64,000 nucleotides of DNA, taken from positions 320,001 through 384,000 of the forward strand of contig CAVQXP010000002.1 in assembly GCA_963717935.1 (NCBI GenBank), given 5' to 3'. The notes beneath the pieces were generated by a model, which did no database searches, was not told the origin of the DNA, and saw only the letters and a list, made by a program, of their open reading frames with translations. The stretch's first letter is position 1. Every line of letters begins with the position of its first letter. A program made the position numbers and the translations under genes. The stretch comes from Candidatus Eiseniibacteriota bacterium. Lineage in GTDB: Bacteria > Eisenbacteria > RBG-16-71-46. Shown one piece after another: positions 40,989 through 53,109 of this stretch.

Positions 40989-41981
40989 ATGACCAGGAGA
41001 CTGGATTTCGGGCTCGTCGGGGCGGGGGCCATCGCGCAGACCTACGCGCCGGCCTTCGAGCAGTGCGAGACCGCGCGGCTGGTGGGGGTCGCCGATTCGC
41101 GGGCGGAGGCCGCCGCCGCGCTGGCCGAGCGGCTGAAGTGCCCGGCCTTCGCCTCGTACCAGGCGCTGGGCGACGGCGCGAAGCTCGACGCCGTCGTCAT
41201 CTCGACGCCGCCGGACCGCCATCCGGAGATCGCCATCCACTTCCTGCAGCGCGGCGTGCACGTGCTGTGCGAGAAGCCCTTCAGCCTCGACTCGCAGAGC
41301 GCCCGCGCGATGGTGGCCGCGGCCGCGAAGTCGGGGGCCCTGCTGACCATGGCCTCGAAGTTCCGCTACGTCGACGACGTGGTGAAGGCGAAGAGCCTGC
41401 TGGCCTCCGGCGCCCTGGGCGAGATCGTGCTGTTCGAGAACGCGTTCACCTCGCGCGTGGACATGTCGTCACGCTGGAACTCCGATCCCCGCGTCAGCGG
41501 CGGCGGCGTGCTGGTGGACAACGGCACGCACTCGGTGGACATCATGCGCTACCTGCTCGGTCCGATCGGCGAGGTGCAGGTGGTGGAAGGCAAGCGGATC
41601 CAGGGGCTGAAGGTCGACGAGACCGTCCACGTCCACGCGCGCAGCGTGAGTGGGGTCGACGGGACCATCGACCTGTCCTGGAGCATCAACAAGGAGCTGG
41701 AGCGCTACATCAGCCTCTACGGCTCGGCCGGCACGGTGCTCGTCGGCTGGAAGGAGTCCAGGTTCCGGCCGGCCACGAGCCGGGAGTGGGTGCCGATCGG
41801 CAAGGGCTACGACAAGTTCCAGGCGTTCCGCAGCCAGATCGACAACTTCTCGCGCGCGGTCGCCGGGGAGGAGGCCCTGCTGATCACGCCCGAGGACGCG
41901 ATCGCCTCCGTCGAGGTGATCGAGGCGGCCCGGATCTCGCTCGCCGAGAACCGCTGGGCGCCCGTGGGGGGCAAGCCATGA
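40989..41981 (+). CDS. Gfo/Idh/MocA family oxidoreductase
   Basis: GLVGAGAIA, HVLCEKPF, GGGVLVDNGTHSVD. Confidence 0.92.
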   Translation: MTRRLDFGLVGAGAIAQTYAPAFEQCETARLVGVADSRAEAAAALAERLKCPAFASYQALGDGAKLDAVVISTPPDRHPEIAIHFLQRGVHVLCEKPFSLDSQSARAMVAAAAKSGALLTMASKFRYVDDVVKAKSLLASGALGEIVLFENAFTSRVDMSSRWNSDPRVSGGGVLVDNGTHSVDIMRYLLGPIGEVQVVEGKRIQGLKVDETVHVHARSVSGVDGTIDLSWSINKELERYISLYGSAGTVLVGWKESRFRPATSREWVPIGKGYDKFQAFRSQIDNFSRAVAGEEALLITPEDAIASVEVIEAARISLAENRWAPVGGKP

Positions 41982-42607
41982 GCGCGCGCATCCATCCCAC
42001 CGCCCTGATCGAGGAAGGCGTCGAGATCGGGGCCGGCAGCTCGATCTGGGACAACGTGCACATCCGGCACGGGGCGCGGATCGGCGAGGAGTGCATCGTC
42101 GGCGAGAAGAGCTACATCGCCTACGACGTGCGCATCGGGAACCGCGTGAAGATCAACGCGATGGTCTACATCTGCGCGGCGGTGACCATCGAGGACGGCG
42201 TCATGATCAGCGCCTCCACGACCTTCACGAACGACCGCTTCCCGCGGGCCTGCACGAACGACCTGCGGAGCCTCAAGCCCTCCGAGCCCGACGAGCACAC
42301 GCTGCCCACGCGGGTGAAGGAGGGAGCCACCCTGGGCGCGGCGTGCACGGTCGGCAACGACCTGTCGATCGGGCGCTTCGCCATGATCGGCATGGGCGCG
42401 CTGGTGACCCGGAGCGTCCCGGACTTCCACCTGGCCATCGGCAGCCCGGCGCGCTCGATCGGCTGCGTGTGCCGCTGCGGGCAGCCGTTCCTGCGCTTCC
42501 CCACGCCGGGCGGGCGCGGCGCCAGCGGCGAGTTCACCTGCACGGTCTGCGGGCTGAAGTACGCGGTGCGGGACGGGCTGGTCACGGAGGTGGCACCGCC
42601 CGCGTGA
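41978..42607 (+). CDS. Hexapeptide-repeat N-acetyltransferase (WbpD/WlbB-like) with C-terminal Cys cluster
   Basis: IHPTALIEEGVEIG, FTNDRFPRA, GSPARSIGCVCRCG, CTVCG. Confidence 0.9.
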   Translation: MSARIHPTALIEEGVEIGAGSSIWDNVHIRHGARIGEECIVGEKSYIAYDVRIGNRVKINAMVYICAAVTIEDGVMISASTTFTNDRFPRACTNDLRSLKPSEPDEHTLPTRVKEGATLGAACTVGNDLSIGRFAMIGMGALVTRSVPDFHLAIGSPARSIGCVCRCGQPFLRFPTPGGRGASGEFTCTVCGLKYAVRDGLVTEVAPPA

Positions 42608-42614
42608 GGGTCGC

Positions 42615-43970
42615 TTGACCTCGGCAGGCGGGAGGCCGGGCAGCGCCCAGGCCGCGCGACGCTGGGGCGTCGTGGGCGGGGGCATGCTCGGGCTGACGCT
42701 CGCCCACCGGCTCGCGCAGCGGGGCCTGGACGTCACCGTCTTCGAGGGCGCGGACCGCCTGGGCGGGCTCGCCAGCGCCTGGGGCCTGGGCCCGATCACC
42801 TGGGACCGCCACTACCACGTCACGCTGTTCTCCGACACCGCGCTGCGCGGGCTGCTCGGCGAGCTGGGCCTCGAGCGGGAGCTGCGCTGGGTGCGGACCC
42901 GGACGGGGTTCTACACCGGTGGCCGGCTCTACTCGATGTCCGACGCGTTCGAGTTCCTGCGCTTCCCGCCGCTGGGGCTCGTGGACAAGGCACGGCTGGC
43001 CCTGACCATCCTGCACGCCTCCCGGATCCGCGACTGGAAGGACCTCGAGCGGATCCCCGTGGCCGACTGGCTGCGCCGCTGGTCGGGCCCACGCACGCTC
43101 GAGAAGATCTGGCTGCCCCTGCTGCGCGCCAAGCTGGGGGAGGGCTACAAGGAGACCTCGGCCGCATTCATCTGGGCGACCATCGCACGGCTCTACGCGG
43201 CCCGCCGCAGCGGCCTGGGCGAGGAGCGCTTCGGCTACGTGCCCGGCGGCTACGCGCGCGTCCTCGAGCGCTTCGGCGAGGTCCTCGCGGCCGAAGGCGT
43301 GCGGGTGCACCTGGGCCGCCCGGCGCGCCGGGTCGAGCGGCAGGCGGGTGGCGGGATCGCCGTCGAATCCGCGGACGGCGCGCGCGACGTCTTCGATGCC
43401 GTCATCGTCACCCCGGCGACACCCATCGCGGCCCGGCTCGTCGCCGGGCTCGAGGACGACGAGCGCGCGCGGCTCGAGGCGGTCCGCTACCAGGGGATCG
43501 TCTGCGCCTCGCTGCTGCTCAAGCGGCCACTGGGCGGTTTCTACGTCACGAACATCACCGACGACTGGGTGCCCTTCACGGGCGTGATCGAGATGACCGC
43601 GCTGGTGGACCCGGCGCAGTTCGGCGGGAACACGCTGGTCTATCTGCCGCGCTACGTGCCGCCGGGTGACCCGCTCTTCACCCGCTCCGACGCCGAGATC
43701 CAGGAGACGTTCATGGCGGCGATCGGGCGGATGTACCCCGGCCTCGGGCCGCCGGACCTGCTGGCCTTCCGGGTCTCGCGGGTCCCGTACGTGTTCCCCA
43801 TCCCGACCCTGGGCTATTCGGACCGCGTGCCCCCGATGAGCACCTCGATCCCGGGCGTGCACGTCGTGAGCTCGGCTCACATCGTCAACGGAACGCTCAA
43901 CGTCAACGAGACGGTCCAACTGGCCGAGCGGGCGGTGGAGCGCCTGACCGGAGCCTCCCGCCCGGGCTGA
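42615..43970 (+). CDS. FAD-dependent oxidoreductase (amine oxidase/HemY-like fold)
   Basis: GVVGGGMLGLTLA, FEGADRLGGLA, WDRHYH. Confidence 0.85.
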   Translation: MTSAGGRPGSAQAARRWGVVGGGMLGLTLAHRLAQRGLDVTVFEGADRLGGLASAWGLGPITWDRHYHVTLFSDTALRGLLGELGLERELRWVRTRTGFYTGGRLYSMSDAFEFLRFPPLGLVDKARLALTILHASRIRDWKDLERIPVADWLRRWSGPRTLEKIWLPLLRAKLGEGYKETSAAFIWATIARLYAARRSGLGEERFGYVPGGYARVLERFGEVLAAEGVRVHLGRPARRVERQAGGGIAVESADGARDVFDAVIVTPATPIAARLVAGLEDDERARLEAVRYQGIVCASLLLKRPLGGFYVTNITDDWVPFTGVIEMTALVDPAQFGGNTLVYLPRYVPPGDPLFTRSDAEIQETFMAAIGRMYPGLGPPDLLAFRVSRVPYVFPIPTLGYSDRVPPMSTSIPGVHVVSSAHIVNGTLNVNETVQLAERAVERLTGASRPG

Positions 43971-43982
43971 GCGCGGCCGGCC

Positions 43983-44125
43983 GGGAATCCGCCTGCGAGC
44001 GTCCGGGCCCGGATCGACCACGGCGGGAATCCCTCCGCGAGCGTCCGGGCCCGGACAGAGCGCGGCGGGAATCCCTCCGCGAGCGTCCGGGCCCGGACAG
44101 AGCGCGGCGGGAATCCCTCCGCGAG
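43983..44125. repeat. Intergenic tandem repeat, 3.4 x 42 bp, with internal palindrome
   Basis: Units at 43983, 44025, 44067 and partial 44109; consensus GGGAATCCCTCCGCGAGCGTCCGGGCCCGGACAGAGCGCGGC; units 2 and 3 identical. Confidence 0.92.
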
Positions 44126-44336
44126 GACGCTGCGCGCGGCCATCCTGGCCGTGCTCGCTCCCGGGCAATCCCCCGGCCGCCGCATCCTGCGTCGGCCGGG
44201 GCCCGGACCCTCGCTGCGGGGTCCCCGCCGCGCTCAGTCCGGGCCCCGCCACCACGGGGAGGTCCGCGCCCACAGGAATGAAAGCCCCCGGTTGGCGTAG
44301 GATGTCCGTGCATCCACCCTCGACCCCGGAGGAACC

Positions 44337-45691
44337 ATGAAGCGATGCCTCGTCGTGTCCTTGCCCGCCGTCGGGCTCCTGCTGGCGCTGGCCGCGGTCG
44401 CCGCGGCCGCCAGCCCCGCCGTCACCGTCTACACCCGTGACCTCGGCTTCGTGCGCGAGACCCGCGCGCTGGAGCTGGCGGGCGGGCGCGACACCGTGCG
44501 GCTCTCGGACCTGCCCGAGCGGCTCGACTTCTCCTCGGTGCGGCTCGTCCCTGCGGGCGCGGCGCGCGTCACCCGGCTCGCCTACCGCTGGGACGTGGCG
44601 AGCGGCGATGCCTTCCTCGAGAACGCGGTCGGCAAGCGCGTGAGCGTCAACTCGCGCGGCGACCGGGTGACCGAGGGGACGCTGGTCACGAGCGACGGCT
44701 CGTGGCTCGTGGTGCGCGCCGACGACGGTTCGCTCTCGACCCTCGCGCGCAGCGCGGTCGAGGCCGTGCGGCTGGCCACACCGGCGGCGCGGCTCTCGCT
44801 GCGGCCCACGCTGGAAGCCGTGATCGAGGACGGCAGGCGCGGGAGCGCCGACCGCCGAGCTGTCCTATCTGACCGGCGGGCTCTCCTGGAGCGCCGAGCA
44901 CACCGTGGTGCGACGGGGCGAGCGCGAGGCGGTCTGGTCGGCCACCGTGACCGTGCAGAACTCCACCGGCCGGGACTACGTGGACGCCACGCTCAAGCTC
45001 GTGGCGGGCGAGCCCAGGCGCGATCAGGCGCGGCTGATGCCCGCGATGCGGGCCATGGCGATGGACGGCGAGATGAAGATGGCAGGCGCCCCCGACCTCT
45101 CGGAGGAGAGCTTCGCCGAGTACCACCTCTACACCCTGGGCCGCCCGGCCACGCTGCGCGGACGCGAGCAGCAGTCCTTCACCCTGATCGAGCCGCGCGT
45201 CGTGAAGGTGACGCCGCGCTACGTCTACCGTGGCGGCGATGCGCGCGGCGTGATGAGCCAGATGCAGATCGTGGACTCGAAGGAGGCCGGGCTCGGCCTG
45301 CCCGCTGCCGGCCGGGCGCGTGCGCTTCTACGAGGTCGACCCGGCGGGCGCTCCGCAGTTCACCGGCGAGAGCAGCATCAAGCACACGCCGGAGGGGGAG
45401 AAGCTCGAGCTTGAGGTCGGGGCCGCGTTCGACCTCAAGGCGGAGCGCCGCGACCTGTACAACAAGCGCATCAGTGATCGCGAGCGCGAGTACTCGGTCG
45501 AGATCAGGCTGCGCGACCACAAGAAGAACGACGTCGTGATCGTCGTACGGGAGAGCGTGGGCGGGGACACCGAGATCACCCAGAAGACCCACGAGTTCAC
45601 GCGCAAGGACGCCAACACGATCGAGTTCGCGATCCCCGTCGCGGCCGGGAAGGAAGCGGTGCTGAGCTACACGGCACGCGTGCGGTACTGA
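44337..45691 (+). CDS. DUF4139/DUF4140-family exported protein (frameshifts near 44850 and 45300)
   Basis: Signal peptide; [59 protein letters not shown]. Confidence 0.82.
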
Positions 45692-45742
45692 GCGGGGGCG
45701 CCGGCCGCACCGGGAGGCCCCCCCGGCGCGGGCGAAGAGGCG

Positions 45743-45813
45743 GCGGTGCCCCGGGGTGGCGGTGGGCGAGCGGAGGCACCATGCGCTCGCCCACCGCCAC
45801 CCCGGGGCACCGC
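45743..45813. repeat. Perfect 30-bp inverted repeat with 11-nt loop
   Basis: GCGGTGCCCCGGGGTGGCGGTGGGCGAGCG (45743-45772) / exact reverse complement (45784-45813). Confidence 0.92.
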
Positions 45814-45834
45814 GCACACGCGCGCGGTCCCCGC

Positions 45835-45863
45835 TCGACCCTTCGCCCCGGCTCGGGTAGCAT
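45835..45863 (+). promoter_or_regulatory. Possible sigma70 promoter for uvrB
   Basis: TCGACC-N17-TAGCAT, ATG 45873 shortly after. Confidence 0.45.
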
Positions 45864-45872
45864 CGCGCGGCC

Positions 45873-47979
<2,107 letters not shown>

Positions 47980-48873
47980 ATGCTCGACGCCATCGCCCTG
48001 CCGCTCGTCAAGTACGCGCTCTCCGAGGACGTGGGCACCGGGGACATCACCACCCTCAACGCCATCCCCTCCGGCGTGAACGCGCGCGCGGTGATCGTGA
48101 CGCGCGAGGACGGCGTGGCGGCCGGGATCGACGTCGCGCGCCTCACCTTCCGCGAGGCCGAGCCGCGGCTCAAGTTCCGCCCTCTGGCGGAGGACGGCGA
48201 CCGGTTGAAGGCGGGCGCGGCGCTGGCCCAGGTCACGGGCGAGGTGGGCGGCATCCTCAAGGCCGAGCGCACCGCGCTCAATTTCCTGCAGCGGCTCTGC
48301 GGCATCGCCACGCTGACCCGGCGCTTCGTGGACCAGATCGAGGGCACGGGGGCGACCATCCTCGACACGCGCAAGACCACGCCGGGGCTGCGCTTCCTCG
48401 AGAAGTACGCGGTCAAGTGCGGGGGCGGCGACAACCACCGGCTCGCGCTCTGGGACATGTACCTGGTCAAGGACAACCACATCCGGGCGGCGGGCGGGGT
48501 GACTGCCGCGCTCGAGCGCATCCTGCGCACGCGCCAGGGCGACCTGCTGCTCGAGGTCGAGGTGGAGTCGCTCGACCAGTTGCGCGAGGCGCTGCGGCCC
48601 GAGGTGGACCGGATCCTGGTGGACAACCGTCCGCCGGCCGAGGTGAAGAGCGCGGTCGAGGTGGTGGACGCGTGGTGCCGTGAGCATCCGCCCGACAGCC
48701 CGCGCATGACGCCCGGGGTGCGGCGCTGGCCCGAGGTCGAAGTGTCGGGCGGCATCACCCTGGCCACCGCGCGGGCCTACGCGGAGACCGGCGTGGACTA
48801 CCTCTCGATCGGGGCGCTCACCCATTCGGCGCCCGCCCTCAACCTGAGCCTGGAGATCGAGGACGTTGGCTAG
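47980..48873 (+). CDS. nadC: Nicotinate-nucleotide diphosphorylase (carboxylating)
   Basis: EDVGTGDITT, ERTALNFLQ, DTRKTTPGLR, KDNH, EVSGGI, GALTHSAP. Confidence 0.95.
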   Translation: MLDAIALPLVKYALSEDVGTGDITTLNAIPSGVNARAVIVTREDGVAAGIDVARLTFREAEPRLKFRPLAEDGDRLKAGAALAQVTGEVGGILKAERTALNFLQRLCGIATLTRRFVDQIEGTGATILDTRKTTPGLRFLEKYAVKCGGGDNHRLALWDMYLVKDNHIRAAGGVTAALERILRTRQGDLLLEVEVESLDQLREALRPEVDRILVDNRPPAEVKSAVEVVDAWCREHPPDSPRMTPGVRRWPEVEVSGGITLATARAYAETGVDYLSIGALTHSAPALNLSLEIEDVG

Positions 48874-49720
48874 CACCTTCGACCGGGTGCGCTTCGGGTC
48901 GCGGCTCACGACGCGGCGGCTGGGCCGCACGCTCGTGGCGCGCGCCGAGGTCGGCTCCACGAACGACGAGGCCTGGGACGCGCTCGCCGTGGGCGCCCCC
49001 GATGGCACGGTGGTGGTCGCAGACGCCCAGGCGCGCGGGCGCGGGCGCGCCGGGCGCGCATGGCACACGGCGCCGGGCAAGGCGCTCGCGCTCTCGGTCC
49101 TGCTCCACGAGGGCTGCGACCGGCGCCAGCTCGGCGTGCTGCCCCTGGCCGCAGGCCTCGCCGTGGCGCAGGCCCTCGAGTCGCTGGGCGCGGCGCCCGC
49201 GCTCAAGTGGCCGAACGACGTGCTGCTCGAGGGCCGCAAGGTGGCGGGCGTGCTGTGCGAGAGCCGGCGGATCCAGGCTCCGCCGGGTTACCCCACGGCC
49301 CCGCCCACAGCGGCGGTCGCTCCCGCGGGCGCGCGCGATGCGGCCGTCGTGGGCGTGGGCGTGAACGTCGCGCAGGCCGCCGGCGACTTCCCGCCGGAGA
49401 TCGCGGAGACCGCGACCTCGCTCGCGCTCGCCGGGGTCGTGACCGACCGCGAGAGCGTGGCGGCCGCGTTCCTGGACGCGCTCGAGACCCGGTGGACGGA
49501 GCTGCAGCAGGGCGGGCGCGCGGCGCTGCTCGCCGCCTGGAGCGCACGCGCGGACTTCTGGGGGCGCCCGGTCACCGTGCGCGCGCCCGCGGGCGTGGTG
49601 ACCGGGATCGCGCGCGCCCTGGACCCGGACGGGGCGCTGGTGCTGGTGCTCGAAGACGGCGCCGAGACCGTGGTGCTGGCGGGCGACCTCGAGGTGGCGG
49701 CGGGGGAGGCGCGGTCATGA
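48866..49720 (+). CDS. birA: Biotin--[acetyl-CoA-carboxylase] ligase (no HTH domain)
   Basis: STND, QARGRGRAGRAW, LKWPNDVLLEGRKVAGVL, GVGVNV. Confidence 0.93.
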   Translation: MASTFDRVRFGSRLTTRRLGRTLVARAEVGSTNDEAWDALAVGAPDGTVVVADAQARGRGRAGRAWHTAPGKALALSVLLHEGCDRRQLGVLPLAAGLAVAQALESLGAAPALKWPNDVLLEGRKVAGVLCESRRIQAPPGYPTAPPTAAVAPAGARDAAVVGVGVNVAQAAGDFPPEIAETATSLALAGVVTDRESVAAAFLDALETRWTELQQGGRAALLAAWSARADFWGRPVTVRAPAGVVTGIARALDPDGALVLVLEDGAETVVLAGDLEVAAGEARS

Positions 49721-50490
49721 GCGGGGACCTGCGGCCGGCCGGGGAGATGAGCTTCCTGCAGCACCTCGAGGAACTGCGCAAGGTGCTGACGCGCTCGCTG
49801 GTCGCCTGCGCGGTGGGGGCGACCGGCGGCTGGTGGCTGGCCCCGCGCGTGCTCGAGGACATCATCCAGCGCACGGTGAAGCACGTCATCGTGCTCGGGC
49901 CGCTGGAGGCCTTCAACGAGCGGCTCAAGCTGGCGTTCATCCTGGGCCTGTGCATCGCGCTGCCCATCGTCTTCTTCCAGATCTGGAGCTTCATCGTCCC
50001 GGGGCTCTTCAAGCGCGAGCGCCGGCTCATCCTGCCCATGGCCATGCTCTCGATGGTCCTCTTCGTGGCGGGGGCGGCGTGCTCGTACTTCTACGTCACG
50101 CCGCTGGTGGTGCGCGTGCTGGGTGGCTTCATGACCGCGAGCATGCAGGAGCAGATCCGCATCGGCGCCCTGCTCTCGTTCTTCTACAACCTGGCGCTGG
50201 CCTGCGGCGTGGTGTTCCAGCTGCCGCTCGTCACCATGACGCTCACGGCGCTCGGGCTGGTCACGCCGGGCTTCCTGCTGCGCCAGTGGCGCTACGCCAT
50301 CGTGCTCGTGTTCCTGGTCACGGCCATGATCACGCCCGGCGACGTGGTGACGGCCCAGCTCATCATGGGGCTGCCCATGCTCGGGCTCTATTTCCTGAGC
50401 GTCGGGCTCTCCTGGCTCGTGGCGCGGCGCCGCCGCAAGCCGGACGCCGGATCCCGCGCCGACATCGTCGAGGAGGGTGACCGTGCCTGA
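49717..50490 (+). CDS. tatC: Twin-arginine translocase subunit TatC
   Basis: MSFLQHLEELRK, FQIWSFIVPGLFKRE, VFQLP, WRYAIV, ITPGD. Confidence 0.93.
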   Translation: MSGDLRPAGEMSFLQHLEELRKVLTRSLVACAVGATGGWWLAPRVLEDIIQRTVKHVIVLGPLEAFNERLKLAFILGLCIALPIVFFQIWSFIVPGLFKRERRLILPMAMLSMVLFVAGAACSYFYVTPLVVRVLGGFMTASMQEQIRIGALLSFFYNLALACGVVFQLPLVTMTLTALGLVTPGFLLRQWRYAIVLVFLVTAMITPGDVVTAQLIMGLPMLGLYFLSVGLSWLVARRRRKPDAGSRADIVEEGDRA

Positions 50491-51283
50491 GCGGCGCACA
50501 CGCCCGCGGTCCGTCCGCGGCGGCCGGCTGCTGACCGTGGACATCGGCAACAGCGATACCGTGGTGGGACGTTTTCGCGGCGCCGCGCTGGACGGGTTCT
50601 GGCGGCTGACGAGCGGGCGCCTCACGGCCGACGAGGCGACGCTCCTGCTGGAGCAGCTCCTGGGCCGCGGCCGGGCCGCGCGCCCGCGGGGGGCCGTGCT
50701 CTGCTCGGTGGTGCCCAACCTGACGCTGGCCTGGAGCGAAGCGCTCGAGCGCGTCACCGGCCGGGCCCCGCTCGAGGTGACGGCGGAGACGGTGCGCGAT
50801 CTGCTTCCCATCCGCTACCACGACCCGGGCGCCGTGGGCGCCGACCGCATCGCCAACGCGCTCGCCGCACGCGTCCTGTACGGCACGCCGGCCATCGTCG
50901 TGGACCTGGGCACGGCCACCACCTTCGACTGCATCTCCCGCGAGGGCGCCTACCTGGGCGGGGCGATCTCCCCGGGGGTGGGCACCTCGGCCGAGGAGCT
51001 GTTCCGGCGCGCCGCGCGCGTGCCGCGCGTCGAGTTGCGGCGGCCGCGCCGCGCGCTCGGGCGCACGACCGAGGAGTCGCTCCGGGCCGGCGTGCTGTGG
51101 GGCGCGGCCGGGCTGGTGGACGCGCTGGTGCGCCGGCTCGCGCGCGAGATGAAGGGCAAGCCCAGGGTGATCGCCACGGGGGGCTGGGCGAAGATCGTGG
51201 CCCCCGAGTGCGAGACCGTCCAGGCCGTGGACGAGGGGCTCACGCTCAAGGGCATGAGGATCCTCTGGGACGAGCGGTCGTGA
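50477..51283 (+). CDS. coaX: Type III pantothenate kinase
   Basis: LTVDIGNS, VGADRIAN, VVDLGTATTFD, GGAISPG, IATGG. Confidence 0.95.
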   Translation: MTVPERRTRPRSVRGGRLLTVDIGNSDTVVGRFRGAALDGFWRLTSGRLTADEATLLLEQLLGRGRAARPRGAVLCSVVPNLTLAWSEALERVTGRAPLEVTAETVRDLLPIRYHDPGAVGADRIANALAARVLYGTPAIVVDLGTATTFDCISREGAYLGGAISPGVGTSAEELFRRAARVPRVELRRPRRALGRTTEESLRAGVLWGAAGLVDALVRRLAREMKGKPRVIATGGWAKIVAPECETVQAVDEGLTLKGMRILWDERS

Positions 51284-53105
51284 GGATCCTGCGGGCGCTG
51301 GCGCTGGGGACACTCCTGCTGGCCGTGTCCACGGTGCCGCGGGCCGCGGCGGTGTCGCGCGTACCCGCTGTGCTCCCCGACAGCGCGCGCCTGCTGCACC
51401 TCGTCCGCGAGCTCACCGACCCGCGGCTGGAGGGGCGCGGCGTGGGCACCGCCGGGATCGAGCTGGCCGCCGACCTGGTCGAGCGGGAGATGCGCGCGCT
51501 CGGGCTCGTGCCCGCCGGGGACGACGGCGGCTGGCAGCCAGGGCTTCGAGGTCACCACCGGCGCCGAGGTCGGCCATCCGACGCTCGCTCGCGCTGGGCG
51601 GGACGCTGCACGAGGCGGGCGGCGCCTTCCAGCCGCTCGGCTTCTCGAACAACGGCACGCTCACCGCGCCCGTGGTGTTCGCGGGCTACGGCATCAGCGC
51701 GCCGGGCTACGACTACGACGACTACGCCGGGCTCGACGTGCGCGACCGGATCGTGCTCGTGCTCTCGAACGAGCCCGGCGAGCTGGACTCGACCAGCCGC
51801 TTCGACGGCACGGTGAACACGCCGTTCGCCGAGCTGCGCACCAAGGCCATCGACGCCCGCGAGCACGGGGCGCTGGGGCTGCTGGTCGTGAACGGCCCGC
51901 GCTGGCACGCCGGCGAGCCGGTGCGCAGGCCGCGCGCGGACGGGCAGGGCTACATGTCGAGCGGGCTGCTGGCGGGCTGGCTCGCGGATTCGCTGGGCGA
52001 GGCGCTGGTGCGCCGCGCGGGCACGAGCCTGCTCGCCGCCCAGCGGGCGATCGACAGCCTGGGGCGGCCGCGCGGCTTCCCCATCCCCGACTCGGTGACC
52101 CTCACGGTGACGCTGGCGCGCACGCGCGCCCGCATCCGCAACGTCGTCGGCCGGCTCCCCGGGCGGGACACCACGCGGGTCCTGGTGGTGGGCGCCCACT
52201 ACGACCACCTGGGCTTCGGCGGCGAGCGCTCGCTGCGCCCCGACGAGCGCGTCCCGCACCCGGGGGCCGACGACAACGCCTCGGGCACCGCGGCGCTGCT
52301 GGGCATCGCGCGGCTGCTCGCCGGCCGCGTTGAGCAGGGCTGGCGGCCGGAGCACGACCTCGTCTTCGCGGCCTTCACGGGCGAGGAGATGGGCATCGTG
52401 GGCTCCTCGCACTTCGTGGACCGGCCGCCGCGGCCGATCCAGAGCGTCGAGGCCATGCTCAACCTGGACATGGTGGGGCGCCTCAAGGACGGCAAGCTGA
52501 TGGTCATGGGGACGGGCACGGCGGCGGAGTTCCCGGCCCTGCTCGAGAACGCGAACCGCGCGGCCGGCTTCGACCTCAGGACCTCCGGCGACGGTTACGG
52601 CCCGAGCGATCACTCGTCCTTCTACAAGCGCCAGGTGCCCGTGCTGATGCTCTTCACGGGCGCCCACGCCGACTACCACCGGCCGTCCGACACCTGGGAC
52701 AGGATCGAAGGGCAGGGCCTGTGGCGCGTGACGCGCTTCGCCGCCGCGCTGGTCGAGTCGCTGGACGCGCGCCCGCGCCCGCACTATCTCAAGGCGAAGG
52801 CCGACAGCATGCGCGGGCGCATCGGGGGTGGGGGCGGCTACGGCGCCTACCTCGGCACGATCCCGGACTTCTCGCAGACCGAGGGTGGCGTGCTGCTCTC
52901 CGGCGTGCGGGAGGGAAGCCCGGCGGCGCAGGCCGGCCTCGCGCAGGGGGACGTGATCGTGAAGTTCGACGGCGTGCGCATCGACAACCTGTACGATTAC
53001 GCCTACGCCCTGCGCTCGCGGAAGCCGGGCCAGACGGCGCGGCTCGCCGTAGAGCGCAACGGGAGCCGGATGGAGGTCACCGTGACACTCGGGAAGCGGC
53101 CGTGA
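51280..53105 (+). CDS. M28-family exported peptidase with PA and PDZ domains (frameshifts near 51540-51600)
   Basis: LEGRGVGT, VFAGYGI, GAHYDHLG, GADDNASG, GEEMG, NLDMVGR, SDHSSF, DYHRPSD, YLGTIPD. Confidence 0.9.
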
Positions 53106-53109
53106 GGCC

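Noticed and set aside
43983..44125. Possible mini CRISPR array
   Set aside because: Units are contiguous and nearly identical with no unique spacers; no cas genes in the window
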